Numbered from the whole stretch's first letter, positions 1 through 12,986 are shown. The stretch: DNA of 63,990 bases, filler included, from Octopus bimaculoides (GCF_001194135.2; 5 parts of 5 records of this genome joined end to end with filler, not necessarily neighbours in it), one strand, 5' to 3'. The notes: generated by a model from the sequence alone, not told the origin. Numbers and translations are program-made.

Positions 1-38
<38 letters not shown>

Positions 39-396
39 CTATGTGCTTGTGTTCGTTAAAATAAACATTTCATGCCCGACTTTGCATATATCCGTCAACC
101 CATCCTAGCCATCAGACCCCCTACCCAGTTCTGCTTGACTCACTCACCTCTTTAACTGACGATCTACGTAGAAATTTTGTTTAGTCAACCTAGTAAATAA
201 AAGGAATTTCTTCTTCATAGTCAAAGTAAGCCACACCTTTCTTACACAGATATATTCCCAATTATCGCCAACATTATACTATTGTGAACATTCATGATTT
301 TATAGAAATAAATATCACCACACTCTTACGCACACGACATAATAAAAAAATCATTTCTAAAAGTACACTGCCACATATTGTGGCAGAACTTATAGT

Positions 397-710
397 CGAT
401 TTTATGAATTTTACTGTTTGACTGGTACTTTAGTACTTTATTTATCGACCCCGAGAGGATGAAAGGCAAAGTTGACCTCGGCGAAATTTGAACTTAGAAC
501 GTAAAGACGGACGAAATGCCGCTAGGCGTTATTCCTGTCAGTTCGCCGCATTTAAATAATAATAATAATAATAATAATCCTTTCTACTAAAAGCACGGGA
601 CCTGAAATTTTGTGGGGAGGAGACAACTCGATTATATCGACCCACAGTGTTTAAGTGGTACTTAATTCATCGACTCCGAAAGGATGAAAGGCAAAGTCCA
701 ACCTTGGCCG
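397..710 (-). mobile_element. two adjacent copies of the abundant SINE (about 397-550 and 579-710)
   Basis: Reverse-complement core ATCGACCCCGAGAGGATGAAAGGCAAAG occurs twice. More decayed copies follow at about 1625-2215. Confidence 0.75.
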
Positions 711-711
711 A

Positions 712-1211
712 AAGAAGAAGAAGAAGAAGAAGAAGAAGAAGAAGAAGAAGAAGAAGAAGAAGAAGAAGAAGAAGAAGAAGAAGAAGAAGAAGAAGAAGAA
801 GAANNNNNNNNNNNNNNNNNNNNNNNNNNNNNNNNNNNNNNNNNNNNNNNNNNNNNNNNNNNNNNNNNNNNNNNNNNNNNNNNNNNNNNNNNNNNNNNNN
901 NNNNNNNNNNNNNNNNNNNNNNNNNNNNNNNNNNNNNNNNNNNNNNNNNNNNNNNNNNNNNNNNNNNNNNNNNNNNNNNNNNNNNNNNNNNNNNNNNNNN
1001 NNNNNNNNNNNNNNNNNNNNNNNNNNNNNNNNNNNNAAGGAGAAGGAGAAGGAGAAGGAGAAGGAGAAGGAGAAGGAGAAGGAGAAGGAGAAGGAGAAGG
1101 AGAAGGAGAAGGAGAAGAAGAAGAAGAAGAAGAAGAAGAAGAGGAGGAGGAGGAGAAGAAGAAGAAGAAGATGAAGAAGAAGAAGAAGAAGAAGAAGAAG
1201 AAGAAGAAGAA
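712..1211. repeat. (GAA)n / (AAGGAG)n purine microsatellite spanning the gap at 804-1036
   Basis: Seen directly in the sequence. Confidence 0.95.
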
Positions 1212-3775
1212 ACCACATGGGCCAATAAAAGGTCCAAAAGGCATAAGTACAAAACAGAAAAGAAACAGAAAGGAGTTTAAAGCGTGTACACATATTACAA
1301 CAGAACAATGAGGTAATATTTTAGTAATGAAGAGTCTATTATTATTATTATTATCATTATTATTATAGTATCTTACAGTGACGTAGAGTAACGAATATGA
1401 ATGGAATGATTTATAGAACACTATATAACATAAGTAGTTTCAATATCGATTTTGGAAAAGCTTAGTCCATTTCAGTTCTCATGAGATTTTAGCGCCTAAA
1501 ATGTCGAGAGACGTAATTAAATCATTTAAGGTATTGTGTATTTTTTTTATGCCACTTTCAAACATTAAACGACTAAAACAAAAACAAAATTTAGGAGCCG
1601 TACCATATTAGAACCAATAATATTCACTTCTTGCTCAGGCACAGGCTCATCAACTTTTGAAGGGGAGGTGAAGTCAATTATATATAATGCTTGTGATCGA
1701 CTCGTGTTTTATTTTGTTGTACCTCTGTTTCATCGGTGAAGTTGAATTCGTTGAGATTTGAAATTTAAACGTAAAGAGCCGTCACTAAATATTGTTTCCA
1801 GCCTCGCCCATTGATAACAACAGTGATAATAATAATTCCTTGCATAGGCAAGAAGTCAGGCATTTGGGTAGTGACTAAATCGACCTACGTATTTTAATAG
1901 TGCTTTATTTTATTGACTCTGCAAGGACTAAAATCAAAAATAGACGTTTGTGGGTTATGAACTCAGAACGTAGAGCGCTGAAACAAAAATCACAAGATAT
2001 TCAACTTGATGCTTTACCGATTCTGCGAATCCACTATCCTAATACTAATTGTTTCTAACATAGACACAAGGCTAGCTATTGAGGAGGAGGTGAGTTAATT
2101 ACATCGATCCAGTATTTGACTGGTAGATTATTCTATCGATCCCAGAAGGATGAAAGGCAAAGCTGACCTCGATGGGATCGCAGGTCATTTTGACTGACTC
2201 TTTAATGATCTCTCTAATGTATTACCCAAATAATAAGAGAAATATTAGCAATGAAAATATTTTAAAAGTTAAATAATGCGAATAGACGCAATGGCAACAA
2301 CAGCAATAGTAACAGAAATAAAATTTGTGCCAACAGTTGATCAACAATAAGAGCAATAACGACAATGATAAAGATAATTTAAATACAACAAGAAATGTTT
2401 TATAAACGGAGAACAGTAGCTAAAGTATCCAGCACAGCAACAATATGACCAACAACTGTAACAACAAAGTGCATGCCTAAATTGAAAAGCTTAAGTAAAC
2501 AAGACTATAAAAATAACAAAAGAAACCGACGCAAAAATCAAAATCGTTGAGCGATTATAAAAGTAGAAATGTCAACAAAATCAACAACTGTAAAACATTG
2601 CCAACAATAACAGCTGACACATCCACAACGGCGAACATTCCCCAGTGTGTCCTTCCATTTTTAAATGGTGGGCTGTGATCATAACGAGGTTTGACTACTT
2701 AGTACAGTGAGGCAAGCATCAATAATAACTTCATGAACCATAAATACTGTGCTAGGATACATTCCATCAACGATAAGTTGAAAGGAGTGGCAATATAGCA
2801 CTTCGAATGAGTGGACCTTTGCATTGGCCTGGCTCTAGTTTAGTCCATGATGACGCTATCGTCAAAACAATATTGCATATGAAAGAACCAAAGAGAGAGT
2901 CACTGCATGGTCATTCAGTATGTTATGAGTAGTAGTAAATGTGGTCAAACGTAACTCAATGCTGGATAAAATAGTCACAGGTGGAACGCCTTTGATCAAA
3001 GGTCTTTTTCATCAGGACTTGTGTGAGACTAAACAACATTAAAAACAACGACTGACATATGTAAAGATACCGGAGAAGGGAAAATAAAGCAATGTGTTTG
3101 CCGAACTTAATTGCACTCCATATAATAAACATTCATATCGTGGTGCATTGAGTAAAGGAATCACAGTATATCTCGAACAAGGATTTGTGAGATTGCACCT
3201 ACGAAGCCTGATAAGTCAATATTGACAACAGCTAAAATAACATATCTACAAGTTCATCGTCAATAACAATAAACGGCCAATAACATTAATCAAAAGATAT
3301 AACAATATACTGATCGTATTTGGTACCTACTAACTTTGATAATAATAATAACTGTTTAACAACATTGTCAGTGATTGTAATAAGTGAATTCCAGTGAATA
3401 TATTACGAGATAGCATAAGTCATTGTTGATCTTGTTCAGCCCTAAGTTAATCTCAACTGAGATGAACTATAATGAAAGGTATTCCAATCATGACCATCTT
3501 GATTTTATGAGTATTCAGGTCTACATCATAATATACAATGTGGAGTATAATTTGATAGAGATTTGATTACTATTTCTAGCAAGTCGAATGATCAAGAAGC
3601 TTTTTCGCCAGTCCCAAAAGAAGAATTTTTTCCGTCAACTTGAGAAAGAAAACTGGAAGAAAGCGCTATCTGAGTGGACCCCGGAAATCTTTGAAATAAT
3701 GTACTTTAAAACGAACAACACCAAACAACTACCATCACCACCACCTCATTATTATTACCATCACCACCAATAATA

Positions 3776-3842
<67 letters not shown>

Positions 3843-3862
3843 TGCTGCTGCTACTACATCCA
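3776..3862. repeat. (TAC)n-(TGC)n compound microsatellite
   Basis: Seen directly in the sequence. Confidence 0.9.
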
Positions 3863-4458
3863 CTATTACTACTACACTAATAAACGAACAAAGATAGGGT
3901 CCACGAGAGGAGCCTGGTAATTACAGTAGAAGTTCTTTTAGATTTTGGAAGAAGTAGATGACAGAACTGGTAGAGCGACAAAGAAAATACTAAAGGATTA
4001 TTTAGTTATAACGCTTTAGTTCTGGATTCAAGTCCCACGGAGGTCGTAATAGCAGTTGAATTCCCACAAATATCACCTTACAGTCGTACAGTAAACGGAA
4101 GGACATATTACAAAATGTAGTCACAGAAAAGACCGGGTGTTCGTGGCTGGAATGGCTTTGATCGTAGTTTTCGTCGATCTTGTTTGTTCCAGGGTTAAAC
4201 AAAACCAAGGAATAACATAAACAAGAGTAAAATTCAAACAAGTTGCTTCATTTCCTACCTTTACGGGTAAGAAAATCAGGGCATCTGTAATGTGGACCCT
4301 TGATTTGCTAGACCAGTGGTTCTCAACGAAGGTCCGTATGGTCTCTGAAGCTCCATTTATGATTTTGGGGTATCCACATAACAAAATAGTAAATTAGAGA
4401 TTCACAAAAGTATTTTAAGGGTCTCTGAAAAGAATTTACTTTAGATTTATGTATTGGT

Positions 4459-4851
4459 GTGGAGGAGCAATGGCCCAGTGGTTAGGGCAACGGCTTCGCG
4501 GTCATAGGATCGCGGTTTTGATTCCTAGACCGAGCGTTGTGAGTGTTTATTGAACGAAAACACCTAAAGCTCCACGAGGTTCCGGCAGGGGATGGTGGCG
4601 AACCCTGCTGTACTCTTTCACCACAACTTTCTCTCACTCTTACTTCCTGTTTCTGTTGTACCTGTAATTCAAAGAGTCAGCCTTGTCACACTGTGTCACG
4701 CTGAATATCCTCGAGAACTACTTTAAGAGTACACGTGTCTGTGGAGTGCTCAGCCACTTGCACGTTAATTTCACGAGCAGGCTTTTCCGTTGATCGGATC
4801 AACTGGAACCCTCGACGTCGTAAGCGACGGAGTGCCAACAACAACAACAAC
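4459..4851 (+). mobile_element. tRNA-derived SINE (tRNA-Arg-like head, (CAA)n tail), full length
   Basis: A box TGGCCCAGTGG, B-box-like GGTTTTGATTCC, (AAC)n tail. 10 bp TSD ATGTATTGGT at 4449-4458 and 4852-4861. Confidence 0.9.
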
Positions 4852-5000
4852 ATGTATTGGTATGTATTGCAAGAAACATCGCGGTTTCTTTCGCTAACAT
4901 TTTACACAAATCAGTGTGTGAAAACATTAATAAATGACATTCTATAAAACTATTTTTTTAAACATCAAATGGCTGTGTTGGATCCGCCAGAATGAAATAG

Positions 5001-5265
5001 CAGAATCGTTAGCACACCGGGCAAAATGCTTAGCGGTATTTCGTCTGTCGCTACGTTCTGAGTTCAAATTCCGCCGAGGTTGACTTTGCCTTTCATCCTT
5101 NNNNNNNNNNAAATTCCGCCGAGGTTGACTTTGCCTTTCATCCTTTCGGGGTCGATTAAATAAGTACCAGTCACGCACTGGGGTCGATATAATCTACTTA
5201 TTCCGTTTGTCTATCCTTGTTTGTCCCCTCTGTGTGTAGCCCCTTGTGGGCAGTAAAGAAATAAG
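5001..5265 (+). mobile_element. abundant SINE with GCCTTTCATCCTTTCGGGGTCGAT core (Meta-domain-like, from recall)
   Basis: CAGAATCGTTAGCAC...GAGTTCAAATTCCGCC...GCCTTTCATCCTTTCGGGGTCGATTAAATAAGTACCAG. Inserted inside the hAT MITE and includes a gap-flanking duplicate. Confidence 0.8.
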
Positions 5266-5749
5266 GATAAAATAGTAATCAAAGGGGATCATAGATAAAA
5301 AAAAAANNNNNNNNNNCTTGTGGGCAGTAAAGAAATAAGGATAAAATAGTAATCAAAGGGGATCATAGATAAAAAAAAAAATGGTTCAGTACATCCGTGC
5401 TAGACAAAACTTCCTCAAATCACACCCTACTTTCTTAAATAAAGACTGAACTATAGTTTCTTGATATGCAAAATACTTAACGGTCGCGTCTGGGACATAT
5501 TTGATCAAATCTGAGCTGACCTAGAGTTAAACAACTATATCATTACATCCGCGTTACTCGCCATAACTACTACTACTATCGCTATATTTCTATATCTAAT
5601 ACCATTGCCAACACCACAAAATCACCCTCCTACTATGTCACTGTTACTTTAATAATTATTACCGACAGTAACAAAACAAAAACACATCAGCAGGAGTCCT
5701 CTTACTGCCACCGCCACTCAAAACAAACATAGCAGCAATAACGAGCGAA

Positions 5750-5960
5750 CGAGGAAGTCTCTATGTTGTCGCTCGATCTGCCAGAAATAGCAGCTAGATA
5801 TACCGGCCGTCTTAAAGCAAAGGGAAGTGTACATTGAATAATGTCGTCCTAGATATACTATTTTTGAAAAAACAAAAACAAAAAAAATAGAGGGGTCGTA
5901 ACTGGAATGCCTTTGGTCATAAGCCTACTCAATCAGAGCTGACATAGGTTCAACAGCATC
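5750..5960 (+). mobile_element. dispersed repeat (SINE 3' module: CGATCTGCTAGAAATAGCAGC...CTGGAATGCCTTTGATC...AACAAC)
   Basis: Recurs at about 2970-3045, 3420-3612 (-), 4120-4205, 5405-5535, 18950-19140 (-) and 27280-27385. Confidence 0.6.
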
Positions 5961-6282
5961 ATCACCAACACCATCTCGGCCACGACGGCCACGACGACCA
6001 CCACCACCAGCATTCCTACCATAACCAAGGCAGACGCTCGCATAGTACCCCACACACACACCATCACCCCCACCACTAATTCAGCACCAATAGCAACAAT
6101 AACACATTACCATTAATAACACTACCACCACGTCCAACCTCACCTCCGCAACATACGCCACCCAATCACCATCAACACTAACAACAACAACAACAGCACC
6201 GCCACCAGCTGCTACTAACAAACCTTTCAAGATATTAAAACTGCAAGATGTGTAGACTCTTTGTCTCCATATATTTGTGTTG

Positions 6283-6320
<38 letters not shown>

Positions 6321-6327
6321 GAACACA

Positions 6328-6364
<37 letters not shown>

Positions 6365-7699
6365 AGAGAGAGAGACAGAGAGAGGCAGAGGGAGGGAAGG
6401 AAAGAGAAAGTGAAAGACTGGATTAGAGAGAAATAAAGAGAGTCAGACGTAGATACATGTATACTTACGCATACATAGATAAGTACACTCACGTGCACAC
6501 ACGCACACACACACACACATATATGTATGTGCAAATATATACATATATATATATATATGTGTGTGTGTGTGTATAAATATGTGTGTNNNNNNNNNNNNNN
6601 NNNNNNNNNNNNNNNNNNNNNNNNNNNNNNNNNNNNNNNNNNNNNNNNNNNNNNNNNNNNNNNNNNNNNNNNNNNNNNNNNNNNNNNNNNNNNNNNNNNN
6701 NNNNNNNNNNNNNNNNNNNNNNNNNNNNNNNNNNNNNNNNNNNNNNNNNNNNNNNNNNNNNNNNNNNNNNNNNNNNNNNNNNNNNNNNNNNNNNNNNNNN
6801 NNNNNNNNNNNNNNNNNNNNNNNNNNNNNNNNNNNNNNNNNNNNNNNNNNNNNNNNNNNNNNNNNNNNNNNNNNNNNNNNNNNNNNNNNNNNNNNNNNNN
6901 NNNNNNNNNNNNNNNNNNNNNNNNNNNNNNNNNNNNNNNNNNNNNNNNNNNNNNNNNNNNNNNNNNNNNNNNNNNNNNNNNNNNNNNNNNNNNNNNNNNN
7001 NNNNNNNNNNNNNNNNNNNNNNNNNNNNNNNNNNNNNNNNNNNNNNNNNNNNNNNNNNNNNNNNNNNNNNNNNNNNNNNNNNNNNNNNNNNNNNNNNNNN
7101 NNNNNNNNNNNNNNNNNNNNNNNNNNNNNNNNNNNNNNNNNNNNNNNNNNNNNNNNNNNNNNNNNNNNNNNNNNNNNNNNNNNNTGTGTTTAGTCGTTTT
7201 TTTGTTCATTTTTAATATTTCTCTATTTTTATTTTGAGTCTTTTTTCTTCTACTTTTTTTTTGTCACATCTAAATCTCATATCACCATGCTGCACTACAA
7301 TCGCGCTCAACCAAAAGTTGTAGTACGAGACAGAGATGTGGGAACCTGTGCTGTAGAATTCGCCCTGTTCGCAAGAGTAGTCCCAATTTTTTCTGAAAAT
7401 ACGATCTAAGAAAAGTGAAAATATATTGGACAACGATGCCCTGCACACTCCATACTTAAAAACAAGCAGGCACAGTTTTTTCATTGTTGGCACGCCTTTG
7501 TATTATTAAGACTGCTCGATCAGGGTTTATTTGGGATTAAACACTACCCAAAACAAAACCAAAAATAAGAAGCCAATGAGGGAGTCTTTGCGTGGTCTAT
7601 CAAACTACTCGAATTAGGGGGCACATCAACATTATTACAGGGTTACAAGCTTGTAAAAAAAAGATAAAATCAGATTAAATTGACATAAACAGGTTACTT

Positions 7700-8086
7700 T
7701 TGTTGTTGGCACTCCGTCGCTTACGACGTCGAGGGTTCCAGTTGATCCGATCAACAGAACAGCCTGCTCGTGAAATTAACGTGCAAGTGGCTGAACACTC
7801 CACAGACACGTGTACCCTTAACGTAGTTCTCGGGGATATTCTGCGTGACACAGTGTGACAAGGCTGACCCTTTGAATTACAGGCACAACAGAAACAGGAA
7901 GTAAGAGTGAGAGAAAGTTGTGGTGGAAGAGTACAGCAGGGTTCGCCACTATCCCCTGCCGGAGCCTCGTGAAGCTTTTAGGTGTTTTCGCTCAATAAAC
8001 ACTCACAATGCTCGGTCTAGGAATCGAAACCGCGATCCTATGACCGCGAGTCCGCTGCCCTAACCACTGGGCCATTGCGCCTCCAC
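7700..8086 (-). mobile_element. tRNA-derived SINE, same family as 4459-4851, full length
   Basis: Reverse-complement match along its whole length. 13 bp TSD AAACAGGTTACTT at 7687-7699 and 8087-8099. Confidence 0.9.
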
Positions 8087-8989
8087 AAACAGGTTACTTA
8101 TACTTATTTCATCATGTCCGGCTAGATTATAAGAAAGGTTAATCGCAGTGGAATTTGAACTGAGTCTAAAAGGGGTATAATAAAATCCCACATTTGTTCC
8201 TACGTTTTATTAACTGTGCCATTCCACTGAGATTAATATCTTTTACATTGGCATTAGATTAGAAATTGATAAAGAAGAATATATTTTATTAAAATCTACT
8301 CCCATAAATAACTGACGTAACAATCTTATACTGGATTAGTTAAAACGATTTTAAACATTATGAACAGCACCAGGAAGACCAACAACTTACGTCAGTGGAA
8401 TATCAATAACGATATCATTAGCTGTTTCATTAGCTTCGACAGTAAGCATAACTATAGACTTGCTCAATTTCTAAAACTTCACTGTGCAACGACTCAGGTT
8501 TTCTAACACTAAGGTACAATAGATTGTAGCGACAGAAATATAATAAAGCAAGCCAGACAAATCCTATTGGCCGATAAGGACTCCATCAGACTCTCAAAAA
8601 CTGTAATCTAGATGAGGTTCCTTCAGCGTAAACGCATGAAGCATATGACAACGCGGATACATAAAATTTTGTATGACGGTACATCTTAGACGTTCCCTGA
8701 AAGGAACTTAATAGACATTGAGATGATGGGTTTGATCATATTTTAGACGACTTAAGGAAATCCCCCGAAGTTTTAGAAATTAGGGCATTCAACTAACCTA
8801 ACAGTTCAGACAATCAAACGAAAATGTCTCTCTTAAAAACATATAATTTTTTCATCCACTTTAGCTTTTATTAACAGCATCAATAGCATTAGCAGAAGGA
8901 TTCTCTAATAAATACTCAATAAGGCACCCCCATACTTCAGCAACGCCTAATTATTAGATTCAAAAAGAAAATCATAAGCTCATCTTACC

Positions 8990-9500
8990 CGCCACTCATT
9001 TCAACGAAAAAGGTATGCCATATACCGTATATCTCAAACATCCTTTATCACACACAACATACAATGGGCAAACACATCATTGCCAACCAAAACGTTTTAA
9101 GAGACACAGAACCACGAATATCAAAAATATAATACCACACGCTTTCATTAGCAAAGCTGAAAACATTTGCTCACGTCGGAGTCCAAATACATGCCTAGGG
9201 GAGAGATCATCTAATGCAGACCGATAGTTTGTGAGACAGAGGTTACTTTTATATAACCCAACCTACAAGTAATATGGAAATTTTATATAGGCGTGTTAAG
9301 AGGAGTTTTAGGAAATACTTTATAATTTCTTTTAGACACATAAATAAAAGGAACTCAGCAAATTTAATCATCTACATCTTGAAACTAAAATATAAAGCTC
9401 AGATTACACGATAAAATGAAAAATTGGAAGCAAGAGGTATGATGTGTACATAGCATAGACAATTAGAAACCGTGATATCTTGCATAATCCAGATTTTTAT
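8990..9500 (+). mobile_element. possible Penelope-like remnant (RT thumb and GIY-YIG start)
   Basis: HTTY...IKNIIPHAFISKAENICS resembles the Penelope thumb motif, and VYIA*TIR near 9445 resembles YIG.T.R. Very degenerate. Confidence 0.4.
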
Positions 9501-10794
9501 TTAAATACCAAATCAGAGAAATTCGGAAAATGCAACCATTACGGTAAGTACGCATTATGTAACAGGGTACATCAGCTTTCCCGTATAAAAGCCATATAAA
9601 TACACAGGAGTAAGAAACTTCTTCACTTTAGACTATTTCTTCCTTTCTTTGCTCTATTTTTTAAAAACATTTTGCTGACCTAACACATTTTCTAATTCCC
9701 TAACAAACGCTTTTCTCCAAATAGCCACTGCACCCTTCCCATACAACTCTTCGATCATACATCGATAATTACTTCCCTTTAAGACTCCTTGCTATGTTTC
9801 CTGTTCCATACTTCTCTTTTTTCATATGCCAAACTTATATTTTCTCAACACTCCCTTCCGCCCTCTCATTCCGTCCTTGAGTTATTTTCATGCTCAAATT
9901 TTAACTGTAAATTTTGCTTTACCCTAACTTTTCCAAGATAAATAGCACTGAGAGTCAAGGCGATAATCCTCTCCTGCAATAGAAATGTTATCCACCTTAA
10001 CGGAAGCGGAAGATTGAAGGTAAACATATATATCCTTTTAGAAAAGTTGTTCAATTTGAACCAGAAGTTCAGTTAGGAGACTTCAAAAGGCGACAAAACC
10101 CAAGATAGTTCCAACTGAATGTTTACTCTTAGTGTTTAATGAGTACGTACATACATATGTGTGTGTGTGCGCGCGCATGCATGTGTGTATATATATTTTT
10201 ATATTGGCATTTATGGCTATGTGTACATATACATATATATACAGTTAAGATGTGAAATCTTGAGATGCTCAATATAGAGAACATGTAGTAGTACTCAAAT
10301 GCTATGAACTGAAACTCCGAAGTCTTAAACGGGGACAGGTCCACGGGGTAAAGAGTGGCTATAGGAGAAATTCAAGAGATCTGATATGGAGATATTGATG
10401 CACGATTTGGTTTGATATATATAAATGTACATACATACATATATACATATAGATATATATGGATACATATAAATACAGGGGCTAAATATAATCAGTAGAT
10501 AAACATATATGTACAAGTACATAGATATTTATATATATTGACAAATAAAATTTACTTTCACGTGGTGTACAAAACATATAGAAGACTAAGGAGAGAATGT
10601 ATAGATTTTTAACTCGACGGCTGTTTCTGGGGGCTCAGAATTTAGGTAATAATTGTAATGTTCATAATTAGCAGATGAAATACTCGACAAGTCGATATGC
10701 AGCACGTAGATGGATGCATATCTATGAATTTTTGCACATTCCAACTGCTACTTATGAACATTACAACTATTACGTGATTCTGTATGTATGTATG

Positions 10795-10835
<41 letters not shown>

Positions 10836-10935
10836 NNNNNNNNNNNNNNNNNNNNNNNNNNNNNNNNNNNNNNNNNNNNTTAATTAATTAANNNNNNNNN
10901 NNNNNNNNNNNNNNNNNNNNNNNNNNNNNNNNNNN
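10836..10935. other. artificial assembly spacer N44-TTAATTAATTAA-N44
   Basis: Exactly 44 N, the 12-mer at 10880-10891, then 44 N. The 12-mer has stops in all six frames. Confidence 0.95.
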
Positions 10936-12129
10936 ACCTAGAATCATAGCATCATAATTTTGAAATATCTATAAAACCGCCAAAAGCTTGTTTATTTTTA
11001 TGTTTTTGATTTATTATTAGTGTTGCTTAATATGTTTTGCTAAAATTGCTGTTTCTTTTCAGATATAAACAGAAAAAGTTGATTAAAATTCAATAAAATA
11101 ACAGATCTAGAGGTCAAATTGTTGGTGCTTGTATGGCAGGCGCTAGCGTAATGTAAACAACCGAAATGTTTGGTGTATCAAGAAGTACTGTCTGGAAAGT
11201 AATGACAGCCTTTGAGAAAGAGGGAAAAACCTCCTCGTCGAAACAAAACTCCGGAAGAAAACCAAGACTTTCAAATAGCGACCGTCGGACTCTTACGCAA
11301 ATTGCTAGAAAGGATCACAAAAGTACAGCTTCCAAAATTGCTGCAGTGCTTAATGACCACCTCGAGGATCCAGTTTCCACCAAAACTGTTCGCCAGGAGC
11401 TTCACAAAGCCTGATTTCAAGGGAGGGCTGCAATAAGAAAACTACTACTTTCAAAAACAAACATTGCAAAGCGTTTAGAGTGGAGTAAAAACCTACAGAA
11501 TTGGTTCCTAGAGCAGTGGAAGAATGTTATTTTCTCAGACGAGTTATCATTTACCTTATTTCCGACCACCGGCCGAGTATACGTGTGAAGACAATCAAAA
11601 GAAAAATTTGACCCAGACTGCCTTCTTCCAACTGTTAAACATGGAGGAGGATCTGTGATGATCAAGTGGTGGGGGTGGGCTATATCTTGGAAATCCGCCG
11701 GCCCAAAGTCAAGACTAAGCATTTTATCTGATCAAATTCATCCTATAGTTGTGGAACTATTTCCGAAGGGAAACACAGTCTTTCAGGATGATAATGCACC
11801 AATTCACACAGCTAAAGTTGTTATTGAACAGCACGAGGAACATTCTGGTGAAGTTGAACATTTTATCTGGCCACCACAGTCCCCAGAACTCAATATTATT
11901 GATCATTTATGCTGTATTTTAGAAAAACAAATAAGCAGTCGATACCCTCAACCATCATCACTACAAGAATTGGAGACTCTTTTAGCTGAAGAATGGACAA
12001 AAATTCCTTTGGAAATAATTCAAACTTTGTACGAGTTCATACCTCGTAGAATTCAAGCTACCAAAGACGGTCCTGCCCATATTAAAATAAATTTGTTTGA
12101 AATTCTAAGGTGTTTCCATTCAACCCCTG
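10936..12129 (+). mobile_element. Tc1-type DNA transposon remnant with decayed transposase (DD36E-like spacing)
   Basis: HTH region RGQIVGA..AGAS...FGVSRSTV, then NVIFSDE, FQDDNAPIH and WPPQSPELNIIDH. Several stops and frameshifts. Right end ...CAACCCCTG followed by TA at 12130-12131; left TIR falls in the spacer gap. Confidence 0.9.
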
Positions 12130-12399
12130 TATAAATAGTTAAAAATCATTGTCTAACTCTCCGTGAAGATTCTGAAGAGGTGTTTATCTGTAAATTGTAT
12201 GTCAAATGATTTTAAAAAGTAACTGGAGGAGTATCGTGTTGCTGCAAAACTTGTGAACAAAATGAGAACAGTGTCATTGTCAGACAGGAGCTGTTTGGTA
12301 TTTCAAATGCACATAAAAGTTTTCTGAAGAGTTTCATATAATGAAACTGAACGAGTCTGTTCGGTCTTTATGTCACAAGAATCGGAGTAAGTTCGCTCA

Positions 12400-12986
12400 T
12401 GAAATAAATAAATAAACCGTCAGAGTCGCTCAAATGCGGGGATGCTGATCGTCTTTGATCGAAAGGACATCGTTCGTCAAGGGTTTTTTTCACGATGGAC
12501 ATCAAAACATCAGAGCTGGTGGAGAAAATTTGCAATTTTCTGGATGAAGACCGTAGTGTTCTATAAAGGCTTTGAGCATACAGTTTGGAGTTGATGTGGT
12601 AATTGTGCACAAAATTATTCACGAAGATCTGAAGATGCGCAAAATTTGTTCTGAGGGTGCTCAGGGACGAGTATCTAAGTAACCAACTACTTGACAGATA
12701 TGGCCATCAAAACTGTCCCTCACCCTCCTTACGGCCCAGACCTTGCTACCTGTGATTTTTGGTTGCTCCTCACACTGAAGAAGAACCTCAGGGGCAGTGG
12801 TTTTGAAGACGAAAGAGGCTGTGACAATGGTCCTGGGCACCTTCACTTTGGAGGACTTTCATGGGGACTTCATGAAGTAGCTGGAATGCTACAAGTGTAT
12901 TGAAGTCAGAGGCTACAGCTTTGATGAAGATTAGAGTTTTGTACCTTTTTGAAACGAATAGATGTCTGAAAACTCCTGGAATGCAC

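Larger units (their letters stand above)
4314..5397 (+). mobile_element. hAT-type MITE interrupted by two SINE insertions
   Basis: Starts CAGTGGTTCTCAAC with a decayed right end. Perfect 8 bp TSD TGCTAGAC at 4306-4313 and 5398-5405. Internal sequence matches the uninterrupted copy at 18292-18634. Confidence 0.85.

Noticed and set aside
647-1421. Long poly-R/E/K/F/S ORFs in the ORF track
   Set aside because: Translations of (GAA)n/(AAGGAG)n microsatellite and an N gap.
3588-3773. ORF MIKKLFRQ... and an off-frame PVPKEEF resembling gelsolin repeat 1
   Set aside because: The 5' part and the apparent acceptor are the reverse complement of a SINE module. The PVPKEEF frame stops four codons later and lacks the IWRIE context.
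5066-5381. Direct duplications on both sides of the 10-N gaps at 5101 and 5307
   Set aside because: Overlapping contig ends left unmerged; an assembly artefact rather than tandem duplication.
6235-7237. ORFs of 200-320 aa; likewise 26483-26780, 28700-29235 and 55344-56329
   Set aside because: Almost entirely X from N gaps, plus dinucleotide repeats.
7212-7493. Moderately GC-rich stretch with short open frames on both strands
   Set aside because: No recognisable motif and no convincing splice-site pair.
9600-10060. Minus-strand reading YGKGAVAIWRK, possibly a Penelope ORF start
   Set aside because: Too degenerate to call, with multiple stops.
10880-10891. Palindromic TTAATTAATTAA recurring four times as a biological motif (for example a piggyBac TTAA array or homeobox site)
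   Set aside because: Always centred in an exact 44 N + 44 N gap, so it is a synthetic linker.
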